Below the pieces are notes generated by a model. That model was given only the letters and a program-made list of their open reading frames with translations. It searched no databases and was not told the origin of the DNA. A stretch of DNA of 64,000 bases from an uncultured Candidatus Saccharibacteria bacterium (GTDB taxonomy: Bacteria; Patescibacteriota; Minisyncoccia; Phycocordibacterales; DATDWN01): positions 42,514 through 106,513 of the forward strand of contig CAZQVT010000001.1 in the NCBI GenBank assembly GCA_964596875.1, read 5' to 3'. Below, one piece after another: positions 18,264-27,632 of the stretch; position 1 is the first letter of the stretch, and each line of letters starts with the position of its first letter. The position numbers were made by a program, and so were the translations under genes.

Positions 18264-19513
18264 TACCTCCAGGTAGTTTTGACGCTAAAGATAGCATTCC
18301 AAGCTGCTTTGCCGATCCATAGAGGTGCAATAAACATATATAAAGACAGGTAATAAATCAAGTCTAGGCCAAGGTCAAGTTTGTTCTCTGACATTCTCTT
18401 TGACATTAGTATCATTAGAAATGACCCTATAGCAACAACTAGTCCAACAAGGGCTATTATCTCTGTATTTACGTAAAATAGGTCAAAATTAGGCATTCCT
18501 AGGTGTAGGTTTAGGCCCACAGTTTGGACTCTAACAAACCAGTTTGCTAGGCCATCTATAATAGAGTAAATAGATACGCTAGAAACAAAAAGAACTGAAA
18601 CTATAGAAATACATGCCATCGGAAGTATAAGCATTCCGACATTTCCATATTTTTTATTGAAAATCATGTCTCTAAAATCGTAGGCATTTTTTATAAAACC
18701 ATATGACCAGCGAACTCTCTGTTTCAAAAGTTTTTTAACAGTTTCTGGAGGAACTGTGTATACGATAGCCTCATGCGCATGAGCGATTTTGAAACCATTT
18801 TTTTGCATGCGAAGTGCTATTTGGATATCTTCGGTGTTGTGAGCGTGTTCGTATCCACCCAGTTTTTCAAATACATCTTTTCTAAATATAGAAAATGGTC
18901 CAGGAGTAATGTAGATAGCATCCATGTAGTGGTACATTTTTCTAGTGAAAATACCGAAGCCGTACTCTACTTTCTGAAGCAGTTGCAAAATGTTTCTTGG
19001 TTGCCAAAGTTTGATAGAAGGTGCAACCGCCATAACTTCTCTGTCTTCAAAGTAAAGAGCGATTTTTTTCATGCTGTCCTTGTGTACATAAGAGTCGGCA
19101 TCAAGGCATCCAACAAGGTCTGTAGTTAGTTTTGAAATACCATAGTTTAGTGCGGTGTATTTACCACCGTTTTCTTTTGTGTGAAGTTCTATTTGTTTAT
19201 TATTTCTAAACTTCTGCACCACATTCCATGTACTGTCTGTACTACCGTCGTCCACTACCATGATTTTCAGTTTGTCTTTCGGGTAGTCTAGGTTCAGTAG
19301 AGAGTGAATAGTTTTTGAAACTGTTTTTTCTTCATTCCAGCAAGGTACGATAATAGTAACAGAAGGGTATTTTTTCAGTTTTACATTTGCTTGGGCTTTT
19401 GACTCGGCTTTGATTTCTTTGCGGTTTTCAAAGTAAGTTATGAGCAAAAAGATCTCAAAATTTAGAGAAATGAACAGAAAGAAATATGTTACGTAGTTGT
19501 TTATATCACTCAT
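18263..19513 (-). CDS. Glycosyltransferase family 2 (processive, PgaC/IcaA-like)
   Basis: VPCWNEE, DDGSTD, GKYTALN, DAD, TED, QRVRW plus TM helices. Confidence 0.92.
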   Translation of the reverse strand: MSDINNYVTYFFLFISLNFEIFLLITYFENRKEIKAESKAQANVKLKKYPSVTIIVPCWNEEKTVSKTIHSLLNLDYPKDKLKIMVVDDGSTDSTWNVVQKFRNNKQIELHTKENGGKYTALNYGISKLTTDLVGCLDADSYVHKDSMKKIALYFEDREVMAVAPSIKLWQPRNILQLLQKVEYGFGIFTRKMYHYMDAIYITPGPFSIFRKDVFEKLGGYEHAHNTEDIQIALRMQKNGFKIAHAHEAIVYTVPPETVKKLLKQRVRWSYGFIKNAYDFRDMIFNKKYGNVGMLILPMACISIVSVLFVSSVSIYSIIDGLANWFVRVQTVGLNLHLGMPNFDLFYVNTEIIALVGLVVAIGSFLMILMSKRMSENKLDLGLDLIYYLSLYMFIAPLWIGKAAWNAIFSVKTTWR

Positions 19514-19601
19514 AATAAAACCTAGACTGATTTAGTCATTTGTTGTTGTATAATAGCCTTTTTCTGGATGTTTTTCAACCTTTAGGCTACAATGAACCAA
19601 T

Positions 19602-20342
19602 ATGGAAAAGGAAGGTAAACAAGACCCGCACATCCACCCTTTGACTCTTATTTTGCAGGACGTAAACAGAATCTTTACAGAGATGGGTTTTACTGTAGCC
19701 GATGGTCCTGAAGTTGAAACAGAGTTCTACAACTTTGATACGCTAAACATACCAGAACATCATCCAGCACGAGACATGTGGGACACATTTTGGCTTAAAC
19801 CATTAAATGCGAGAAAATTACTCCGAACACATACATCACCTGTGCAGGTTCGTTTCATGGAGGCTAATAAACCACCCATAAAAATCATTGCTCCAGGTAA
19901 GGTGTTTCGACATGAAGCCACAGATGCTACTCACGAAGCACAGTTTTACCAGTTAGAAGGTCTAGTTGTGGGTGAAAATGTTTCTTTGGCAAACTTGAAA
20001 TGGACACTGGAAGAGTTTTTCGAAAAACTATTTGGTAAAAAAACTGGAGTTCGACTTCGACCAAGTTATTTTCCTTTCGTAGAGCCTGGCGTTGAGATAG
20101 ATATGCAGTGTTTCAAATGCGGTGGCGCAGGTTGTAATGTTTGTAAGGGAACAGGCTACATAGAAATAATGGGGGCGGGTCTAGTGCACCCAAAAGTTCT
20201 GGAAAGTGCTGGTATCGACAGTAAAAAATACTCTGGTTTTGCATTTGGTTGTGGAGTAGACAGGTTGGTGATGCTTAAATACGGAGTAGATGATGTGAGA
20301 CTTTTGTATCAGGGGGATCTTCGCTTAATTAACCAATTCTAA
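19602..20342 (+). CDS. pheS: Phenylalanine-tRNA ligase alpha subunit (N-terminal arm absent)
   Basis: [34 protein letters not shown]. Confidence 0.96.
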   Translation: MEKEGKQDPHIHPLTLILQDVNRIFTEMGFTVADGPEVETEFYNFDTLNIPEHHPARDMWDTFWLKPLNARKLLRTHTSPVQVRFMEANKPPIKIIAPGKVFRHEATDATHEAQFYQLEGLVVGENVSLANLKWTLEEFFEKLFGKKTGVRLRPSYFPFVEPGVEIDMQCFKCGGAGCNVCKGTGYIEIMGAGLVHPKVLESAGIDSKKYSGFAFGCGVDRLVMLKYGVDDVRLLYQGDLRLINQF

Positions 20343-20344
20343 TT

Positions 20345-20566
20345 ATGATAAATCCAGGAATATATAAACATTCTAAAAAAGGAAATCAATACAAGGTTCA
20401 CTTTGTTGCAAAACACTCTGAAACTCTTGAGGATTTTGTAGTCTATGAGTCTTTGTATGAAAATGAAACTTCAAAATTTTGGGTAAGACCTCTTTCAATG
20501 TTTGAAGAAATAGTAGAAGTTGAAGGTCAAAAAGTCCCAAGATTTGTTTTAGTAAAAGAAAATTAA
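20345..20566 (+). CDS. DUF1653-like small protein
   Basis: G.YKH.K GN.Y.V...A.HSET.E..VVY...WVRP..MF...RF pattern. Confidence 0.85.
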   Translation: MINPGIYKHSKKGNQYKVHFVAKHSETLEDFVVYESLYENETSKFWVRPLSMFEEIVEVEGQKVPRFVLVKEN

Positions 20567-20567
20567 T

Positions 20568-22508
20568 ATGAAAATCTCATATAACTGGTTACAAGAATAT
20601 ATAGAAGATAGGTTGCCTGCAGTGGAAACTGTGGTAGATGCTTTGACTATGCATTCTTTTGAAATAGAGGGAGTTGAGGATTTTGGTGATGACAAAATCC
20701 TAGATGTAAAAATTTTACCGAACCGTGCACATGACTGTCTTTCTCACTACGGTATCGCTTCAGAAGTCGCAAGTGTATTAAATTTAAAAAGAAAAGACTT
20801 GTTACCTTCTGTTGTTTTGGCAAATACAGACAAAATAAACTTAAGTATTAATACTAAAAATTGCAGTAGGCAAATATTTGTTCTAGTTACAGGAGTAAAT
20901 GTAAAAGAAAGTCCACAATGGCTAAAAGATAAACTGGCTACGCAGGGGTCACGTTCTATAAACGCGATAGTAGATATGACAAACTATTTAACCTTTGCTT
21001 TTGGACAACCAATGCACGCATTCGATGCTGCAAAAGTTTCTGTAGATAGAAAGGGAAGATATGAGTTCAATATAAGAGATGCTGGAAAGGGTGAGAAAAT
21101 CACATTGCTAGATGGCAAAGAATACACCCTAGATGTTTCAAACTCAGTTATTGCTGATGGCTCTAGACCACTGGACGTCGCTGGTGTTATGGGAGGACAG
21201 GATAGTGGGGTAAGTAGTACAACCAAAGATATTATTCTTTCATTTTCTTCTTTTGACCCAGTAAGTGTTCGAAAGACTGCAAAAAGTTTGGGTGTGAGAA
21301 CAGATGCGTCATATAGGTTTGAAAATGAAATTTCTCAGAGTTTGATAGATAGAGTTTTGCCGTATGCTTTGAAAAATATTGTGGAACTTTCAGGTGGAAT
21401 TGTTGTGGGACAAGTTGAACTAAACAAAAATCCAGAAAAACAAAAAGAAGTTTCTGTTTCACTAGATAAGGTTTCTAAAATGCTGGGAGTTTCTGTGGCA
21501 GGCGACGAAGCTTTGAAACTTTTGGCAAGACAAAACATACAAGCGACTGTAGAGAGTGACAAAATAAAAGTAGTGGCTCCAAAAGAAAGACTAGATATAA
21601 AAATAGAGGAAGATGTTGTAGAAGAAATAGGAAGACTATTTGGTTATGAAAATGTGTCACCAAAAAAACTAGAAGTAGAGGCCAAGGTTTCTGTAAACCA
21701 GGAGATTTATATTGCCGACAAAACTAGACAGATTTTAAACAGTTTGGGTTTTGTAGAAATATATACATACGCAATGACACAAAGTGGAGAAGTAGAAATA
21801 GAAAACCCGCTTTCAGGAGATAAAAAGTTTTTGCGAAGCCACTTAAGTGGCGCTATGGAGGAATCTTTAGAGAGAAACTCAAAATATTTAGACTTGCTAG
21901 GTGAAAATGAAGTAAAACTTTTTGAAATCGGAAAAGTTTTCAAAACAAAAGGCGAAGAGTCTCACTTGTGTTTGGGTGTAAAGTTTCCAAAAAACTACAA
22001 CCGCGCGAAGCCGAGCAGCGGTCGTATGACCGAAAAGATAAATGTAGACGAAGAGATAGCGAAAACTATTCAAGGACTAGAAGAAGGTCTTGGGGTTTCT
22101 GTCGGGGATGTGTCTGTAGTTGGCGGTGTCGCAGAGTTTCAGATAAGCAGAATAGTAAAAGAACTAGATAGGGTAGAGGAATACCCACAGGACTTGTGGA
22201 GTAAAAAAGAAAAAGATTTTACATTCAAACCTATTTCAGTTTTTCCTTTTGCTGTGCGAGATGTGGCGGTGTTTGTTCCGAACGAAATAGGTGTAGAGCA
22301 GGTAGAAAACTTGATAAAACAACATTTGAACCAAAATGTAGTTCGTTTCAGTATGTTTGATAAGTTTACTAAGGGCGATAAAACTTCTCATGGTTTTAGA
22401 CTTGTGTTTCAGTCAAACGAAAAAACTTTAACTGATGAAGATATAAATGCTGTGATGAATCCAATCTATGACGCATTAAAATCACAGACCGGATTCGAAA
22501 TTAGATAA
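20568..22508 (+). CDS. pheT: Phenylalanine-tRNA ligase beta subunit (short, B2 OB domain apparently absent)
   Basis: MKISYNWL, PNRAHDCLSHYG, GQPMHAFD, EEIGRLFGY, C-terminal FDX-ACB. Confidence 0.95.
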   Translation: MKISYNWLQEYIEDRLPAVETVVDALTMHSFEIEGVEDFGDDKILDVKILPNRAHDCLSHYGIASEVASVLNLKRKDLLPSVVLANTDKINLSINTKNCSRQIFVLVTGVNVKESPQWLKDKLATQGSRSINAIVDMTNYLTFAFGQPMHAFDAAKVSVDRKGRYEFNIRDAGKGEKITLLDGKEYTLDVSNSVIADGSRPLDVAGVMGGQDSGVSSTTKDIILSFSSFDPVSVRKTAKSLGVRTDASYRFENEISQSLIDRVLPYALKNIVELSGGIVVGQVELNKNPEKQKEVSVSLDKVSKMLGVSVAGDEALKLLARQNIQATVESDKIKVVAPKERLDIKIEEDVVEEIGRLFGYENVSPKKLEVEAKVSVNQEIYIADKTRQILNSLGFVEIYTYAMTQSGEVEIENPLSGDKKFLRSHLSGAMEESLERNSKYLDLLGENEVKLFEIGKVFKTKGEESHLCLGVKFPKNYNRAKPSSGRMTEKINVDEEIAKTIQGLEEGLGVSVGDVSVVGGVAEFQISRIVKELDRVEEYPQDLWSKKEKDFTFKPISVFPFAVRDVAVFVPNEIGVEQVENLIKQHLNQNVVRFSMFDKFTKGDKTSHGFRLVFQSNEKTLTDEDINAVMNPIYDALKSQTGFEIR

Positions 22509-22518
22509 GGGCTTTTTC

Positions 22519-22649
22519 ACTAAAAATTTTTTCAGACCGCTCGTTCCGCCTGCGCTTCACTCACTTTGTCCTCAACCCAAATCCGTCAAGAACGGGGTGC
22601 CTTGACGGAACCAAGCTTTGGGTTTGCGGAGTCATCAAAAAGTTTTAGT
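22519..22649 (+). repeat. Family B hairpin element, copy 2
   Basis: Shares ttttcagacc, the 27-nt core, ccaagctt and tgcggagtc with 6722-6855. Confidence 0.85.
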
Positions 22650-22742
22650 TCAACGCAACACAAATACAATAATTTTTTTACATACAAAAACCCCTGACCT
22701 GGCCCCACATATTGCGTGGGGCTCCTGGCCGGGGCGCGCGAG

Positions 22743-23012
22743 TTAGTTACTCGCATGGTATGAGGTGTAGAGTGGTGGGTTTCTGCAGATCTCGAACCTC
22801 ATCTCGAGATCCTGGTACTTCTTGTTCAGGTTGTTATACTTTCCTCCGATGTCTTCAAGGATGCCTCGTTGCTGGTCCAGCACCACACTAAGTGCTTCTG
22901 AGCTTTGCTTGAGCTCCTTGATCTCTTCGAGGTTGGGGTACGACCACGCAGTGACACTTACTCCCACTGCGATTCCGAGACTGAACACGAGGCCTACTGC
23001 GAGGTATCTCAT
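22743..23012 (-). CDS. Orphan TM + coiled-coil protein, GC-rich unit 2
   Basis: TTGACA-16-TACAGT promoter, GGAG SD, terminator at 22686-22735. Confidence 0.7.
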   Translation of the reverse strand: MRYLAVGLVFSLGIAVGVSVTAWSYPNLEEIKELKQSSEALSVVLDQQRGILEDIGGKYNNLNKKYQDLEMRFEICRNPPLYTSYHASN

Positions 23013-23144
23013 GGACACTTTCTCCATGCAATACTGTAATGTATTTTGTGTAATTGTCAATATGGTATTGTACTAAATTTGCTTGTTTGTACCCTTAAAA
23101 TTTGCTATAATTTGCAAGTAAAATTAACTAAAAATACTTTAAAT

Positions 23145-25241
23145 ATGGCCAAGGAAACAGGGAAGAAAAAAGATAGTTACGGAGCGGATGCGATACAGAT
23201 TCTAGAGGGTCTTGAGCCTGTTAGAAAGCGTCCTGGAATGTACATTGGTACAACTGGTCTAGATGGTTTACATCACCTTATTTGGGAAATTTTTGACAAC
23301 TCTCGTGACGAAGCCATGGGAGGTTTTGCAAATGATATCGAAGTTACTCTTCTCCCAGGAAACAGAATCCGAGTTACCGACAACGGACGAGGTATTCCTG
23401 TAGATATTCACAAACAAACAAAAGTTTCAGCACTTGAAACTATCATGACAACACTTCACGCTGGAGGAAAGTTCGGAGGTGAAGACGGAGGTTACAAAGT
23501 TTCTGGAGGACTCCACGGTGTGGGTGCATCTGTAGTAAACGCACTTTCTATTTACTGTAAAGTAACAGTTCACAAAACTGGTGATGGTATATACATGCAA
23601 GAGTATTCACAAGGAAAGAAAAAAGCTTCTGTAAAAAAAGTTGGTTTAACAAAGAAAAATGGAACTATTGTAGTGTTTGAACCAGATCCTGCTATTTTCC
23701 CAATCATAGATTTTTCATTCAAAAGAGTTGTAGACCATTTGCGACAACAAGCATACCTTGTAAAAGGTCTACGCATTACTGTAAACGATGCTTCTGAATA
23801 TGAGGGTAAAATAAAAGAAGATGAAGTTTTCAAAATCTCTGAACTTGGACTAGAAATACCTTCAATGTCTTTCTATTTCGAAGGAGGACTTTTGTCTTTG
23901 GTTAAGTTTATAAACCACGACCAGAAACCTATTCACAAAAATGTTTTCTATGTAGAGAAGAAAACAAACGAATACGAGTCAGTAGAGGTGTCACTACAGT
24001 ATGTAGACGACATCGCTTGTAGACTTTCTGCTTTTGCAAACAACATATACAACCCAGAAGGTGGAACACACGTGACTGGTTTCAAAACTGCGCTTACTCG
24101 TATCCTAAACTCATACGGAAGAAAAAATAACCTAATAAAAGAATCAGAGGATAACTTTACTGGTGACGACGTGCTAGAAGGTCTAACAGCAGTTATCTCT
24201 GTAAAACTTCGAGAAGTTCAGTTCGAAGGTCAGACAAAGGCAAAACTTGGAACAGTAGAAGCACAGTCTTCTGTAAACACTATTTTCTCTGAAGCATTTG
24301 GTACTTTCCTAGAAGAAAACCCAGATGATGCAAAAGCAATCATAAACAAAGTTGTTTTGGCACTAAAGGCACGAAAAGCTGCAAAGGCTGCAAAAGATTC
24401 TGTACTTAGAAAAGGTGCTCTAGAAGGTATGACACTTCCAGGAAAACTTGCAGACTGTCAGTCAAAGTCTGCAGAAGATTCTGAACTGTTCATTGTGGAG
24501 GGAGACTCTGCGGGAGGTACGGCAAAAACTGGTCGTGACAGACGAACACAGGCGATACTTCCTTTGCGAGGTAAAATCCTAAACATTGAAAGAGCAAGAC
24601 TAGACCGACTACTAGAGTCAGAACAAATCAAAAACCTTGTTATTGCGCTAGGAACTGCTATTGGAGATACGTTTGATATTTCTAAACTGCGATACCACAA
24701 AGTTATTATTGCAACCGATGCCGACGTGGACGGTGCTCACATCCGAACTCTTATTTTAACTTTGTTATACAGATATTTCCGACCACTTATTGACGGAGGA
24801 TTTATCTACATCGCTCAACCACCTCTATACAAAATAAAGAAAGGTAAAGAAGTTTTCTATGCATATTCTGACGAAGACAAAGACAAGATTGTTGGCAAAG
24901 CAGATATTTCTGAAATCTCAGAAGTAGAAAGTATGTCAGATGATGAAGAAGAGGAGGATGAGGATTCCGCCGGAGGCAATAAGGCCGGTGAGGCGAAAGC
25001 TTCGAATGCAAAGCCGAAGACAGCGAAAATAAATATTCAAAGATACAAAGGTCTTGGAGAAATGAACTCAGAGGAGTTGTGGGAAACAACCATGGATCCT
25101 GCAAGAAGAATCCTAAAACAAGTTACTGTAGACAGTAGTGTTTCTGCAGACAAAGTATTTGATGTCCTTATGGGTACGGATGTTCCAGCGAGAAAATCAT
25201 TTATTCAGTCTAACGCTACAAAAGCAAACCTGGATATATAA
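23145..25241 (+). CDS. gyrB: DNA gyrase/type IIA topoisomerase subunit B
   Basis: LEPVRKRPGMYIG, DNGRGIP, VEGDSAGG, PLRGK, DADVDG, RYKGLGEM. Confidence 0.96.
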   Translation: MAKETGKKKDSYGADAIQILEGLEPVRKRPGMYIGTTGLDGLHHLIWEIFDNSRDEAMGGFANDIEVTLLPGNRIRVTDNGRGIPVDIHKQTKVSALETIMTTLHAGGKFGGEDGGYKVSGGLHGVGASVVNALSIYCKVTVHKTGDGIYMQEYSQGKKKASVKKVGLTKKNGTIVVFEPDPAIFPIIDFSFKRVVDHLRQQAYLVKGLRITVNDASEYEGKIKEDEVFKISELGLEIPSMSFYFEGGLLSLVKFINHDQKPIHKNVFYVEKKTNEYESVEVSLQYVDDIACRLSAFANNIYNPEGGTHVTGFKTALTRILNSYGRKNNLIKESEDNFTGDDVLEGLTAVISVKLREVQFEGQTKAKLGTVEAQSSVNTIFSEAFGTFLEENPDDAKAIINKVVLALKARKAAKAAKDSVLRKGALEGMTLPGKLADCQSKSAEDSELFIVEGDSAGGTAKTGRDRRTQAILPLRGKILNIERARLDRLLESEQIKNLVIALGTAIGDTFDISKLRYHKVIIATDADVDGAHIRTLILTLLYRYFRPLIDGGFIYIAQPPLYKIKKGKEVFYAYSDEDKDKIVGKADISEISEVESMSDDEEEEDEDSAGGNKAGEAKASNAKPKTAKINIQRYKGLGEMNSEELWETTMDPARRILKQVTVDSSVSADKVFDVLMGTDVPARKSFIQSNATKANLDI

Positions 25242-25359
25242 CTTCCAAATTTAGCGAACTCCTCGTTCTCGAGTTTCAAAATGTTCGTCACCTTACTACC
25301 TGTAAGGCTTCTCACATTTTAAAACTCTCAACATCGGATTTCATCTAAATTTGAAAGTT
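25240..25359 (+). repeat. Family A hairpin element, copy 4
   Basis: aacttccaaatttag...tcaccttactacctgtaaggct...ctaaatttgaaagtt. Confidence 0.85.
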
Positions 25360-25372
25360 GTTAAAAAATAAA

Positions 25373-25924
25373 ATGGAAAATAAAAAACTAACTACCTTTG
25401 CGCAGGACTATGCCAGAAAAGCACATGTGCATATTTCCAAAACCACAGTTTCTGGAATTAACATTCCACAAATTGTTCATATACAGGAAGTCGCAGATTT
25501 GGTTTGGGCATCTGGTGGTACAGATGATGAAATCGTTGCTGCATGGTTACATGACATAGTAGAAGATACCGATATAACTTTACAAGATATTGAGGAAGTT
25601 TTTGGTAAGGATATTGCGGAAATTGTAGAGGGACTAACTGATCCTTTAGATTTTAAAGGTTTGCCAATTGAGGAAAGAAAACAAAAACAAGTAGAAAGAC
25701 TTTTGAATAAAAGCAATAGTGTTAAAAGGATAAAAATGGCTGACCAGACTTCAAATGTAAAGTATTTAGCAGTTGACCCATCTGTTTCTTGGGCAGAAGA
25801 TAGGGCGCTGGGATATATTGAAGGAGCAAAAAAGATTATTAACGCATGTAGTGGAGTTAGTGAATTACTTGATAGTTTATTTGAGGATGTTTATAGAAAA
25901 GCGATTAAAAGATACAATGTATAA
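25373..25924 (+). CDS. HD-domain hydrolase (RelA/SpoT hydrolase-like, stand-alone)
   Basis: H...V, AAWLHDIVEDT, V.GLT, IKMAD..SN. Confidence 0.85.
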   Translation: MENKKLTTFAQDYARKAHVHISKTTVSGINIPQIVHIQEVADLVWASGGTDDEIVAAWLHDIVEDTDITLQDIEEVFGKDIAEIVEGLTDPLDFKGLPIEERKQKQVERLLNKSNSVKRIKMADQTSNVKYLAVDPSVSWAEDRALGYIEGAKKIINACSGVSELLDSLFEDVYRKAIKRYNV

Positions 25925-26408
25925 AAAAATTTTAATTATTGGGGCTTCTGGAAGAGGTAAAACTACTTTTGCTAAAAAGTTGTCCGAAAAATTATCGATC
26001 TCTTATTATGAAACTGATGATTTTTTCTGGAAAATAAAATATTCAGAGCCAAACGATAAGGAGCAAAGTATTAGAGATATCGGTAAAATATATGACTTAG
26101 ATACGTGGATTGTTGAAGGTTCTACAAGGCATTTAATGAAAGGTGGATTGGATAAGGCTGAAATTATTTTTTATTTCAAATTCAGTAATTTTTTAATTCA
26201 ATACTTCCACATTATCAAAAGGGCATATAAAAGAGGGGACAACATTTGGCATTTATTTGAACTTTTACGTCACTTAACTAAAAAGAAGTACAGTATAAAA
26301 TATAATGGTGATAAGGAGACAACTGAGGAACTAGTTATGCCGTACAAACATAAAGTAGTTTACTTCCATAGCTTTAAAGAAATAAATAATTATTTAGATT
26401 GTATATAA
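25917..26408 (+). CDS. P-loop nucleotide kinase-like protein (adenylate kinase/FlaR-like)
   Basis: IIGASGRGKTTFA, DDFFW, WIVEG. Confidence 0.8.
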   Translation: MYKKILIIGASGRGKTTFAKKLSEKLSISYYETDDFFWKIKYSEPNDKEQSIRDIGKIYDLDTWIVEGSTRHLMKGGLDKAEIIFYFKFSNFLIQYFHIIKRAYKRGDNIWHLFELLRHLTKKKYSIKYNGDKETTEELVMPYKHKVVYFHSFKEINNYLDCI

Positions 26409-26412
26409 CAGT

Positions 26413-27348
26413 ATGGCAAAATATTTAGTTACAGGTGGGGCGGGGTTTATCGGTTCAAATATTGTGAAAAGACTTGTAGAAGAGGGTCAGACTGTTCGTG
26501 TACTAGATAACCTTTCTACTGGAAGAAAAAACAATATAGAAGATTTTTTAAATAAAATAGAGTTTATAGAAGGGGATTTTACTGACATAGATATCGCAAA
26601 AAAAGCAGTAGATGGTGTCGACTATGTTATTCATACTGGAGCAATACCATCTGTGCCACGTTCAGTGGATGACCCTCTTAAAACAAACGACGCAAACATT
26701 ACTGGTACATTAAACATGCTTATTGCTTCTCGTGATGCAAAAGTAAAAAGGTTTGTGTATTCTGCATCTTCTTCGGCATACGGTGACTCAAAAGTAATGC
26801 CAAAAGAAGAGTCTATGCCGACTGCGCCAAAGTCTCCATATGCCATACAGAAACTTGTGGGGGAAATGTACTGTCAGAATTTTTATAAAATATATGGACT
26901 AGAAACTGTCTGCTTGCGATACTTTAATGTGTTTGGTCCAAACCAAGATCCAAACTCTACATACTCTGCAGTGATACCTTTGTTTGTAAAGAAAATACTA
27001 AATGATGAGTCTCCTGTTATAAATGGCGACGGAAAAACTTCTAGAGACTTCACTTTTGTAGAAAACAATGTAGATGCAAACCTAAAGGCTTGTGTTGCCC
27101 CCAAAGAATGCGCTGGTGAAGTTATAAATATTGCCTGTGGTTACGAGATATCACTGCTAGACCTCTTAGAAAAAATAAATGCAGAGCTTGGTAAAAATGT
27201 TACCCCAATTTTTAAAGATGAAAGAGTGGGGGATGTAAAACACTCTTTGGCAGATATAACAAAAGCGGAAAAACTACTTGGTTACAAACCACTGGTAAAC
27301 TTTGATGAAGGCCTAAAAAGAACAATAGAGTTTTATAAAAATAACTAA
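26413..27348 (+). CDS. NAD-dependent nucleotide-sugar 4-epimerase (WbpP-like SDR)
   Basis: TGGAGFIGS, SVPRS, SSSAYG, YAIQK, LRYFNVFGP. Confidence 0.92.
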   Translation: MAKYLVTGGAGFIGSNIVKRLVEEGQTVRVLDNLSTGRKNNIEDFLNKIEFIEGDFTDIDIAKKAVDGVDYVIHTGAIPSVPRSVDDPLKTNDANITGTLNMLIASRDAKVKRFVYSASSSAYGDSKVMPKEESMPTAPKSPYAIQKLVGEMYCQNFYKIYGLETVCLRYFNVFGPNQDPNSTYSAVIPLFVKKILNDESPVINGDGKTSRDFTFVENNVDANLKACVAPKECAGEVINIACGYEISLLDLLEKINAELGKNVTPIFKDERVGDVKHSLADITKAEKLLGYKPLVNFDEGLKRTIEFYKNN

Positions 27349-27379
27349 ACTAAAACCGCCAGATGGCGGTTTTAGTTTA
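27346..27379. terminator. Bidirectional terminator
   Basis: taaactaaaaccgcca-ga-tggcggttttagttta. Confidence 0.85.
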
Positions 27380-27631
27380 GTCTTGTTTTGGTTTTTCTTC
27401 TGTTTTCTCTTCGTGCTTTTCTGTGTGATTCATGTGGACCGAAGGGTTTTTTGTCGGCACGATTATTGCTGCAATAATGTATCCAATAATAGCAGGGAAT
27501 ACTCCCGTCATTATTGTAAATACTACATACCCTAGTCTAAGTATTGTCGGGTCAACATTGTAGTATTCTCCTAGTCCACCCAAAACACCGGATAGAACGA
27601 AATTTGTGTTTGATTTGTATAGTGTTTTCAC
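27377..27631 (-). CDS. PspC domain protein
   Basis: LYKS....VLSGVLGGLGEYYNVDPT.LR...YII.AIIVP. Confidence 0.9.
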   Translation of the reverse strand: MKTLYKSNTNFVLSGVLGGLGEYYNVDPTILRLGYVVFTIMTGVFPAIIGYIIAAIIVPTKNPSVHMNHTEKHEEKTEEKPKQD

Positions 27632-27632
27632 G

